A stretch of 64,000 nt of DNA. Origin: Thermoanaerobaculia bacterium (lineage in GTDB: Bacteria > Acidobacteriota > Thermoanaerobaculia > UBA5066 > Gp7-AA6). The DNA is taken from contig JAYRMU010000019.1 of the NCBI GenBank assembly GCA_041912555.1, positions 9,119 through 73,118 on the forward strand. The letters run 5' to 3'. The notes under the pieces are model-generated. The model saw nothing but the letters and a program-made list of their open reading frames with translations, did no database searches and had not been told where the DNA came from. Every line of letters starts with the position of its first letter. Positions within the stretch are counted from its first letter, which is position 1. Of the stretch, positions 9,403 to 17,123 are shown piece after piece. Both the position numbers and the translations under genes were made by a program.

Positions 9403-11153
9403 AGGCAGCGATCTATGCGCGGTACAGCTCGGAGAACCAACGGCCAGAAAGTATCGATGACCAGGTGTCCGCGTGCCGGAAGATGGCAGCTGCCCGCGGT
9501 TACGTGGTGGATGATGCACAGATCTACACGGACGTGGCGGCCTCGGGCGCCCGGAAGGATCGAACGGGCCTGAACACTCTCCTGCTGGCGGCAGAACGAC
9601 ACGAGTTCGAAGTCGTTTTGATCGACGATCTCTCTCGGCTGGCGCGGAATACCCTGCTGATGCTTTCAGTCCTCGAGGAGCTGCGGTTTAACGGCGTAAG
9701 AGTGCTCTCGGTGGCGGATGGCCTTGACTCGAATGACGAGGAGGCGAATGTCGGTATTCAGGTGCGCGGGATCTTCAACGAGTTGCAGCTTACCGACCTG
9801 AGGAAGAAGACGTTGAGAGGCCAGATCGGGCAGAAGCAGCGAGGCTTCACCGTCGGGGAATCGACGTTCGGGTTCCAGTCAGTTCCCGTCGGAGCAGTTC
9901 GGATGGACAAGAAGGGGCGGCAAAGACCGGAGGGCTACCGAATGGTAATAGAACCGCGAGAGGCCGCGGTCGTGGTTAGCGTGTTCCGAGAGTTTGCGGA
10001 GGGGCGGTCGGAATCGACGATCGTTCGGCGGCTGAACGAGCAGGGGGTCACCGGCCGTCGATGCTCAAAGGGGTGGTCGGCGTCCACGGTTCACCGGCTC
10101 CTGAGAAACGAGAAGTACGTAGGCCGGTGGATCTGGAATCGGAGCCAGACTCGCCGTGATCCGAAGACCGGCCGCCGCCGACAGTTCCCGAAGCCCGAGT
10201 CGGAGTGGATAACCTCGACGGACGAGACGCTCCGGATCGTGCCGCAGGAGCTGTGGGATCGCGTCCGGAAGCGGCTCGCGGAAGTCGAGAAGACGTGGCC
10301 GTCGAGAAAGGGCGTGAGCGGGTTCCGAGCGCAGACCGGCAGTCGGGTCGTCGAGTATCCCGCCGAACTTCTTTCAGGGGGCATGGTGTGTGGAGTCTGT
10401 GGCGCCGGGATCTCGAAGGTGAGTGGGAAGAGCGGGGGCTACTACGGCTGTTTCGGGGCGGTCAGGGGAAAATGCGAGAATCGGCTTCTCGTTCGACGAA
10501 CCATAGCTGAGCGGATTATCTTGGCTGCCGTCCGCGATGCACTCGTCTCAGCTGAGAACATCGCCTACGTCTTCAAGAGAGTCCAGCAGGAGGTACTGAA
10601 GGCGTCGAAAGAATCGCCGGAGGTGATCCGTCTCAAGGCTGCCGAGCTCGAGGCCGAGGACCGGCGGATTGCGAACTTCGTCGAATTCGTGGCTGAAGGA
10701 AGAGGCAGCCGTACGCTGGCAGAAGCCCTCCTCACGTCCGAGCAAAGGCGCGAGGACCTGAGGTCCGAGCTGGAACTGTTACGGAGGGCCCAGAGCGCGG
10801 TCCACAGCGTTCCCCCGCGCGTCTGGATAGAGCAACGTGTCTCCACCCTCCAGGAGGTCCTGGAGAGGCGCACGGAGCTATCAGCGCGGCTTCTTCGGGC
10901 ACTCCTTGGGAAGATCCGGCTCGATCCGGTCGTCCGAGAAAAGGGCCGCCCGTACTACCGGGCGGTATCGAAGCTCCAAGCCCTGGCTCTTTTCGAGCTG
11001 GGGCCTCCTCCGGAAGGGGGCGGAACCCCAGGTTCGAATGCTTTGCATTGGCGGAGGAGGAGGGATTCGAACCCCCGGTGCCGTTTCCGGCACAGCGGTT
11101 TTCAAGACCGCCGCCATCAACCGCTCGGCCACTCCTCCGGAATTCCAGTGTAG
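9399..11153 (+). CDS. large serine recombinase (serine integrase)
   Basis: N-terminal resolvase catalytic domain (IYARYSSENQ…, catalytic Ser), a recombinase domain and a Cys-rich zinc-ribbon (CGVCG…C…C), followed by a coiled-coil. The 3' end of the ORF runs antisense through the tRNA-Ser gene, so the true stop is uncertain. Confidence 0.8.
   Translation: MKAAIYARYSSENQRPESIDDQVSACRKMAAARGYVVDDAQIYTDVAASGARKDRTGLNTLLLAAERHEFEVVLIDDLSRLARNTLLMLSVLEELRFNGVRVLSVADGLDSNDEEANVGIQVRGIFNELQLTDLRKKTLRGQIGQKQRGFTVGESTFGFQSVPVGAVRMDKKGRQRPEGYRMVIEPREAAVVVSVFREFAEGRSESTIVRRLNEQGVTGRRCSKGWSASTVHRLLRNEKYVGRWIWNRSQTRRDPKTGRRRQFPKPESEWITSTDETLRIVPQELWDRVRKRLAEVEKTWPSRKGVSGFRAQTGSRVVEYPAELLSGGMVCGVCGAGISKVSGKSGGYYGCFGAVRGKCENRLLVRRTIAERIILAAVRDALVSAENIAYVFKRVQQEVLKASKESPEVIRLKAAELEAEDRRIANFVEFVAEGRGSRTLAEALLTSEQRREDLRSELELLRRAQSAVHSVPPRVWIEQRVSTLQEVLERRTELSARLLRALLGKIRLDPVVREKGRPYYRAVSKLQALALFELGPPPEGGGTPGSNALHWRRRRDSNPRCRFRHSGFQDRRHQPLGHSSGIPV
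11049..11138 (-). tRNA. tRNA-Ser (anticodon TGA)
   Basis: Cloverleaf readable on the minus strand: acceptor GGAGGAG/CTCCTCC, anticodon loop cTTGAaa, long variable arm, T-loop GGTTCGAATCC and CCA end. Confidence 0.8.
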
Positions 11154-11218
11154 CCGAGGCTTCTCGGTTCGCGCGTCCTCGCGCGGCGGCGTTCTGCTCC
11201 CGCCGCGTCAAAGAAGGC

Positions 11219-11866
11219 CTATTGGAAAGCCACGGCCAGCCACCGGTCGACGCCGGGCGCCAGGGCCGAGGCGGCGGTCCAGACCCAGAGCGCGGCGATC
11301 GCGCCGGTGAAGACGTCCATCGTGTAGTGGGCGCGCAGGACGAGGACCGCCGTGGCTTCGACGAGGACGATCGCGAGGCCGAGGACGACGCCCGCCGGGC
11401 CCAGGCAGTGCGCCAGCTCGAGGCTGCCGTAGACGGCGATCGCGGTGTGGCCGGAAAAGAAGAGGTCGGACGTCGTCCCGTAGGTCACGAGAAGCGAAGG
11501 GAACCCGGGGCGGCGCCAGATCATGCGTTCGGGCGCGGGCAGCGCGCAGAGTCCCTGGCAGACCTGGCGCAGCGCGAACAGGATCACGAGGCCGAGGAAG
11601 GGGCGGACGCTCGGGCCGAGGATCGCGAGGGCGACGAGAAAGAGGCCGAGCAGGTCGATGACGGCCGACGTCGCGATGAGAACGGCGTCGGCCGCGCGCG
11701 GGCGGTCCCAGAGGAAGCGGTTCAGGGGGGCCGTGAGCTCGAGGAGCCGGTCGCCGATCTGTCCCTCCGGGAAGGCGCGGCGCGCGATCAGGGATTGCGT
11801 CCAGAACCAGAGGCCGAGGCCGGCCGTGACGAGGAGGAGGCGCAGAGCCCAGAGCGGAATCGTCAT
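11219..11866 (-). CDS. PAP2 superfamily phosphatase-like membrane protein
   Basis: Has SGH and HYTMDV motifs matching the PAP2 PSGH / SRxxxxxHxxxD pattern. Start taken at MTIPLW. It overlaps the upstream stop. Confidence 0.5.
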   Translation of the reverse strand: MTIPLWALRLLLVTAGLGLWFWTQSLIARRAFPEGQIGDRLLELTAPLNRFLWDRPRAADAVLIATSAVIDLLGLFLVALAILGPSVRPFLGLVILFALRQVCQGLCALPAPERMIWRRPGFPSLLVTYGTTSDLFFSGHTAIAVYGSLELAHCLGPAGVVLGLAIVLVEATAVLVLRAHYTMDVFTGAIAALWVWTAASALAPGVDRWLAVAFQ

Positions 11867-13257
11867 TCGCGCCGCCCCGTTTCGGAGCCCGGCACGCTCC
11901 ACTCTTCGGGGGCGAGGCGGACCAGCTCGGCGAGCTCGGCCGCGAGGGCGCGGCGCTTCTCCCGCAGCCGGCGCGGGAGCTCGCGATCGCGGAGGAACCG
12001 GCCGAACGTCCGCGCCTCCTTCACGATGCGATCGAGACGCTCCTGCCACGCGAGGGCGAAGAAGCCGGTGGGGAGCAGCGCGGCGAGAAAGACGCCGAGG
12101 GCGACCGTTCCGCCGAGCGCCCCGACGGCCCAGGCCTCCGCCGCCCAGGCCAGCGGGTAGAGGACGAGCCCGGCGGCGATCTTGTCGGTCGCCTCCTCCT
12201 CGTCGGTGTGAGGGATGAGCCGGACGGCGAGGGCCGTCAGCTGGTACGGGACGACGTGAAGGACGATGCCGCAGAGGGCGAGCGGAGCCCCGAGGAGAAT
12301 CGAAAGGCCTTCGCCGACGGCGAAGCGGACGACCCCGCCGAACGTGTACGTCCGGGAGAGACCTTCCGCGGCGAGGCCCGCCCGGTCCGACTCGGCGTCG
12401 CAGGCGTCGAGGTCCGCCCGGAAGGCTGCCACGCGCTCGGGCGCGCGCTCCCGCAGCGAGCGGTAGGTGCGCATCGCGCGCTGCATCCAGGCGACGCGCT
12501 CGGCCCCGGCCGGGGGAGGAACGCCGCCGCCCTCGCGCCAGAGCTCCTCGACGAGCCGGAGCAGGCGGAGCGTGCGCCGGTCGTCCGCTTCGACGATCTG
12601 CGCCCGGAGCGCGTCGGCGAGGCGCCCGGTGAGCAGGCGGGCGCCGCGCGCGGAGGCGGCTTCGTCGCCTCCGAGGCAGTCGGCGGTCGCGACCGGGGAG
12701 CCGATCAGGACGAGGGCGCGGCCGGTCCGGAACGTCCCGGGCTGGTCGAAGACGAGGCCGACCGGAAGCAGCGTCACGCGGAAGGTCCCGGGCGCGCCGC
12801 GCTCCGCGGCGAGCAGCATGCGGGCCGTCCCGGTCCGTACCTCCTGGAGAACGGGCTCGGGCTGCGTGCGTCCCTCGGGAAAGATGAGGATCGCGCCCCC
12901 GGACCGCAGCGCCGCGGTGGTCGCCGCGAAGAGCGCCGCGTTCTTGCCGGGGTCGTCGCCCGCCTCCTTGCGGCGATGGACCGGCAGCCCGCCGACGAGC
13001 CGCAGGAACGGCCCGATCAGGGGGTGGCGGAAGAGCGGGGCGTTGGCGAGGATGCGCACGGGCCGGGGGATCACCGCCATCAGCAGCATCGCGTCCACGA
13101 TGGAGTTGTGGTGGTTGGCGGCGACGATCAGGGGCCCCGAGGAGGGCACGTTCTCGGCGCCCACGACCTCGATCCGGGCGTAGAAGAGCCGCAGGAGCAG
13201 GCGCGTGAGGCCGCGGACGAGGACGTACCCGGCGCCGCCCCCGGTCGTCGCCGTCAT
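11863..13257 (-). CDS. lysophospholipid (1-acyl-sn-glycerol-3-phosphate-type) acyltransferase, PlsC family, with C-terminal extension
   Basis: Shows the HxxxxD motif (NHHNSIVD) and FPEGRT motif of the PlsC family. The ATG overlaps the MFS stop (ATGA). Confidence 0.75.
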   Translation of the reverse strand: MTATTGGGAGYVLVRGLTRLLLRLFYARIEVVGAENVPSSGPLIVAANHHNSIVDAMLLMAVIPRPVRILANAPLFRHPLIGPFLRLVGGLPVHRRKEAGDDPGKNAALFAATTAALRSGGAILIFPEGRTQPEPVLQEVRTGTARMLLAAERGAPGTFRVTLLPVGLVFDQPGTFRTGRALVLIGSPVATADCLGGDEAASARGARLLTGRLADALRAQIVEADDRRTLRLLRLVEELWREGGGVPPPAGAERVAWMQRAMRTYRSLRERAPERVAAFRADLDACDAESDRAGLAAEGLSRTYTFGGVVRFAVGEGLSILLGAPLALCGIVLHVVPYQLTALAVRLIPHTDEEEATDKIAAGLVLYPLAWAAEAWAVGALGGTVALGVFLAALLPTGFFALAWQERLDRIVKEARTFGRFLRDRELPRRLREKRRALAAELAELVRLAPEEWSVPGSETGRRE

Positions 13258-14624
13258 TGCAGGCGTGTCGGAGCGAGGCTCGTGTCGCGTTCGAGGTGTC
13301 GCGCGCCGAAGAGCCACAGGACGCCGGCGGCGAGGAACATCCCTCCCACGACCAGAAACGCGCGGTTCATGTCGTACCGGTCGCCGAGGACGCCGATGAC
13401 GACCGGCGAAATCACGTCGCCGAAGGCGTGGATCAGGAGGATGTTGAGCGCGAAACCGGCCGCGCGCAGCGACGGGTGGCTGACGTTGGCGAGGATCGTG
13501 TTCGTCGGCCCGGTGTTGAAGAAGAGGCAGAAGCAGGTCAGGAAGATCCAGATCCAGATCGTCGGAAAGCCCGCGCCGAGCGTGAGGACCATGAACGGGA
13601 ATCCGGCGAGCATCGCGACGCCCGAGACGAGGAAGTAGGAGCCGGGGAAGCGTCCGCGGAGACGGTCTCCCGCGATGCCGCCGGCCAGCGTCGCGACCAG
13701 GCCCGCCACGCAGGTGATGCCTCCGAAGATCACGGTCGCGGACGCCGGGGCGCCGGGCTTGCGGGCGAGGTAGTAGGGCATCCAGAAGGCGATGCCGCCA
13801 ATCGCGAACGTCATTGCCGTCATGCCGAGCGTGCAGAAGACCCACGAGCGCGTCCGGAGCAGAACGCCGTAGTCCCGCCAGCGCACGTGCCGGCGCGGCT
13901 GCCCGGCCGTGCCGTCCGCGTGGCCGGGCGAGGGCTCCTTCATGAAGAAGGACCAGAGCCCGAGGACGATGCCGGGGGGGACCACGAGGAAAAAGGCCCA
14001 CCGCCAGCTCTCGGCATGGATCCCGAGAAGACGGGCGCCCGTGTCGCCGATGGACGAGGAGGCGACGGCCCCGCCGAGCACGTAGCCGAGGGCGCTCCCG
14101 ACCGGGATGGCCATGTAGAACCAGGCCAGGATCCGCCCGCGCTGCGCGACGGGGTAGTAGTCCGAGAGAATCGCCGGCGCCACCGGCCCGTAGGCGGCTT
14201 CGCCCACGCCGACCAGGCAGCGCGTCAGCAGCAGTCCGAAGAACGTCGCGGCGAGGCCGGATGCGCCGCTGGCCAGGCTCCAGAGAATCACCCCGACGCC
14301 GACGAGCATCCACCGCGGATGGCGCTCGGCGAGACGGCCGAAGACCGGTGCGCCCACCATGTACAGGACCATGAACGCCATCGAGAGGACGCCGATGAGC
14401 GCGAGCTCCGGCTGGAAGCCGAGGTGCGCGCGGCACCAGTCCTGGATCGCGTCGAGGGCCGCGGACCGTCCGGCGCCGCCGCCGAAGAAGCTCCGCTCGA
14501 TCGACGGGACGACGGCCGCGAGGACCTGCCGGTCGACGTAGTTGAAGAGGTTGATGAAGAGAAGCAGGGCGAGCGCGGTTCGCGCGCCGGACGAGCCGCC
14601 GGGGCCGCCCGCGCGAGCCCTCAA
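13254..14624 (-). CDS. MFS transporter, Spinster-like
   Basis: 12-TM MFS with LFINLFNYVDRQ…, typical of the Spns family. There is no in-frame ATG, so a TTG start overlapping the SDR stop is inferred. Confidence 0.65.
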   Translation of the reverse strand: MRARAGGPGGSSGARTALALLLFINLFNYVDRQVLAAVVPSIERSFFGGGAGRSAALDAIQDWCRAHLGFQPELALIGVLSMAFMVLYMVGAPVFGRLAERHPRWMLVGVGVILWSLASGASGLAATFFGLLLTRCLVGVGEAAYGPVAPAILSDYYPVAQRGRILAWFYMAIPVGSALGYVLGGAVASSSIGDTGARLLGIHAESWRWAFFLVVPPGIVLGLWSFFMKEPSPGHADGTAGQPRRHVRWRDYGVLLRTRSWVFCTLGMTAMTFAIGGIAFWMPYYLARKPGAPASATVIFGGITCVAGLVATLAGGIAGDRLRGRFPGSYFLVSGVAMLAGFPFMVLTLGAGFPTIWIWIFLTCFCLFFNTGPTNTILANVSHPSLRAAGFALNILLIHAFGDVISPVVIGVLGDRYDMNRAFLVVGGMFLAAGVLWLFGARHLERDTSLAPTRLQ

Positions 14625-15400
14625 CGCCGCTTCTCCTGGATCCTGCGGGCGATCGCCGTGACCAGGCGGCGCGGCGAGACGCGGAGCGACTGGACGAGGG
14701 CGTTGTTGAGGAGCCCGGGGATGACCACGCGGTCGCCGCGCAGCATGCCCCGGTACCCGGCCAGCGCCGCGGCCGGGGCGTCCATGACGAGCGGTCCGCC
14801 GAAGAGGGGCGTCTTCTCGGCGCCCGCGCGCTTCTGGAAGCCCGTCGCCGTCGGCCCCGGACAGAGCGCGGTGACGGTCACGCCGCTGCCGGAGGTCTCG
14901 TTCGCGAGGGCTTCGGAGAACGACAGCACGTAGGCCTTCGTCGCGTAGTAGACGGCCATGAGGGGCCCGGGCTGAAAGGCCGCCGTCGACGCGAGGTTGA
15001 GGATGCGGCCGCGGCGCCGGTCGAGCATGCCCGGCAGGAGGAGCCCGGTCAGGTGCGTCAGCGCGGCGACGTTGACCTGGATCATCGCGAGCTCCGTCTC
15101 GAGCGGCGACCGCGCGAAGAAGCCGTGGAGGCCGAACCCGGCGTTGTTGACGAGGACGTCGATCGACAGGCCGCGCTCCGCGAGCTCCCGCGCGATCTCG
15201 CCGGGGGCCTCCGGACGCGCGAGGTCCGCGGCGAGGACGGCGGCCTGGATGCCGAACTCCTCCGCCAGCCCGCGCGCGATCCCCTCGAGCCGCGCGAGGC
15301 CGCGCGCGACGAGGACGAGGTCGTTGCGATCGCGGGCGAGGAGGGTCGCGAGCTCGAGACCGATTCCGCTGGAGGCCCCGGTGACGAGAGCCGTCGGCAT
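14621..15400 (-). CDS. SDR family NAD(P)-dependent oxidoreductase
   Basis: Has TGASSGIG cofactor motif, NNAG, and catalytic YxxxK (YYATK). Confidence 0.8.
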   Translation of the reverse strand: MPTALVTGASSGIGLELATLLARDRNDLVLVARGLARLEGIARGLAEEFGIQAAVLAADLARPEAPGEIARELAERGLSIDVLVNNAGFGLHGFFARSPLETELAMIQVNVAALTHLTGLLLPGMLDRRRGRILNLASTAAFQPGPLMAVYYATKAYVLSFSEALANETSGSGVTVTALCPGPTATGFQKRAGAEKTPLFGGPLVMDAPAAALAGYRGMLRGDRVVIPGLLNNALVQSLRVSPRRLVTAIARRIQEKRR

Positions 15401-15514
15401 TGGGGCGACGATACGCGAGGGGGGACGGGGAGGGAACCCCTCCTCCGTCCCGCGCCGCCGGGGACCCCGATTTTTCTCCCGTTCCCGAAGGGGAGAGGGC
15501 CCGCGCGGGGGGCG

Positions 15515-17110
15515 CTAACGCGCTTCGGCGCCGCGGGGCTCGGGCGCGGCGGGCGCGGGCGCGGGCCTCGCGATCGGCCGGGGGCGCACCACGTGGGTCC
15601 ACGCGTTGGCGAGCTCGGCTTTTCCCCAACGCAGGAGGCCGTGGAAGAGCATGACCCAGATGGCGCTGCGCACCGAGAAGCCGACGAACTTCGGCCGGCG
15701 GCCGGCGTTGTGGTTGCCGTAGATGCCGAGGGCCATCTTGCGCTTCGCGATCGCGGTCAGGCGGCGGTTGTAGAAGCGGATGGGGTAGTACCCGATCTCG
15801 GCCCCGTCCTCGAAGAACGGCGGAATGCCGAGGCGGTCGTGCGACCACCGGTAGAGCGGCATGATCGCGGCGAAGTAGTAGAGCGCGGTGTCGAGCAGGA
15901 ACGCCGTCGTCATGGTGTCGTAGTCGCCCATGACGTAGTACTTGTCCTTGTAGATCGCGTCGTAGAAGTACTTGAAGAATCGGTCGTAGCGCCGGTTGTG
16001 CTCGGCGTACTTCGCCGTCATGGCCCCGGGGGCGGCGCCCGCGAGGTCTTCGAGGATCAGGCGCGTCCGCGTCCACACCGAGAAGGCCATCTGGTCGAGG
16101 CCGGGCGAGTAGAAGGGATCGAGGAAGCCGCCGGCGTCGCCGACCTGGGCCCAGCCCGGGCCGATGAACTTGTCCACGAAGTAGGGAAGGTGCGCGTAAT
16201 ACCGGCAGTCGCCCTCGATCGCCGTGGCGCCCTCGATCATCTGCCGCGTGAGCGGGTTCGTGTCGAGGAAGCGCGTCAGCTTGTCGAGCGGCGTCGTGCC
16301 CTCCGGCGTGACGAGCCGCTTGTCCCAGACGAGTCCGACGCTGACCTCCCCGTCGTGCAGGGGGATGAACCAGATCCAGTAGCCCCAGCCCGTGAAGTGG
16401 TTCGTCGCCAGGCGGCGCGGCGCGAGCACGGCGCGCTGCCAGGGGTCCGCCGGATCGGTCCCCGCAAGCGCGATCCCGTCCATGTCCTTGACGTTCGCGT
16501 AGCGGACCCAGATCGCCGCCGTCGGATGCGAGTCGACCGGCGTGACGCCCCCGCGCTTTCGCGCGAGCATGGCCTGGCGGCCGGTCGCGTCCACGAGCCA
16601 CCGGCAGGAGACGGTCGCCGTCGTGCCGTCGCTCTTCTCGACGGTCAGCGTGTTCGGGCCGGAGCCTTCCCCGAGCGTCCAGGCCGTGACCTTCGCCGGG
16701 CGCCAGACCTCGCTGCCTTCCTCGGCGGCCACCTCGAGCAGGTGCTCGTCGAGCCTGGCGCGGTCGAGCTGGAACGAGGGCGTCCGGGCGAGCTGCGTCG
16801 GCCCCGTTTCCGAGGCTTCGCGCAGGCAGGTGACGTCGTCGTTGAAGAACCAGTAGCGGAAGGCCTGCTTGGGAAGCTGCTCGCGCGTCAGGTAGGTCCA
16901 CTGCTTGAGGACGCGCGTGAGGAAGTAGGCGGAGACCTCGACGGTGGATTCGCCGACCTTCCAGTCGAACTTCTCGGTCTTCTCGACGACGAGGATCCGG
17001 AGGCTCGGGTTGCCGCGCTTGAGGACGATCGCGGTCGAGGCGCCGGAGACGGCGCCGCCCACGATCACGACGTCGTAGGAAAGAGGATCGTCGGCGCGCC
17101 GGGGTTCCAT
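15515..17110 (-). CDS. flavin-dependent halogenase (tryptophan-halogenase family)
   Basis: GxGxxG FAD motif (VIVGGAVSGAST) plus the halogenase-specific WxWxIP motif (GWGYWIWFIPL). Start taken at MEPRR. Confidence 0.7.
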   Translation of the reverse strand: MEPRRADDPLSYDVVIVGGAVSGASTAIVLKRGNPSLRILVVEKTEKFDWKVGESTVEVSAYFLTRVLKQWTYLTREQLPKQAFRYWFFNDDVTCLREASETGPTQLARTPSFQLDRARLDEHLLEVAAEEGSEVWRPAKVTAWTLGEGSGPNTLTVEKSDGTTATVSCRWLVDATGRQAMLARKRGGVTPVDSHPTAAIWVRYANVKDMDGIALAGTDPADPWQRAVLAPRRLATNHFTGWGYWIWFIPLHDGEVSVGLVWDKRLVTPEGTTPLDKLTRFLDTNPLTRQMIEGATAIEGDCRYYAHLPYFVDKFIGPGWAQVGDAGGFLDPFYSPGLDQMAFSVWTRTRLILEDLAGAAPGAMTAKYAEHNRRYDRFFKYFYDAIYKDKYYVMGDYDTMTTAFLLDTALYYFAAIMPLYRWSHDRLGIPPFFEDGAEIGYYPIRFYNRRLTAIAKRKMALGIYGNHNAGRRPKFVGFSVRSAIWVMLFHGLLRWGKAELANAWTHVVRPRPIARPAPAPAAPEPRGAEAR

Positions 17111-17123
17111 CAGAACCCCAAGT

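Larger units (their letters stand above)
1..11138. mobile_element. Integrative genomic island (partial; continues left of window) inserted next to the 3' end of tRNA-Ser(TGA)
   Basis: GC visibly lower (~55-60%) than the ~70% of the rest of the window. A large serine recombinase sits next to the tRNA 3' end. Cargo includes an ietAS-like pair and unknown membrane proteins. No second att repeat was found inside the window. Confidence 0.6.

Noticed and set aside
15401-15514. Imperfect hairpin ggacggggagg-gaacc-cctcctccgtcc between halogenase and SDR
   Set aside because: There is no U-tract on the coding (minus) strand. It is probably an intra-operon structure, not a terminator.
13254-16901. 1215-aa ORF in the provided track (and similar long ORFs 13257-14933, 15053-17242, 17110-19374, 17277-19340)
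   Set aside because: They are Arg/Pro/Gly/Ala-rich alternative-frame artefacts of ~70% GC DNA. They overlap genes with clear domains (MFS, SDR, halogenase, CRTAC1). Only the C-terminal 457 codons of 13254-16901 form the real MFS gene.
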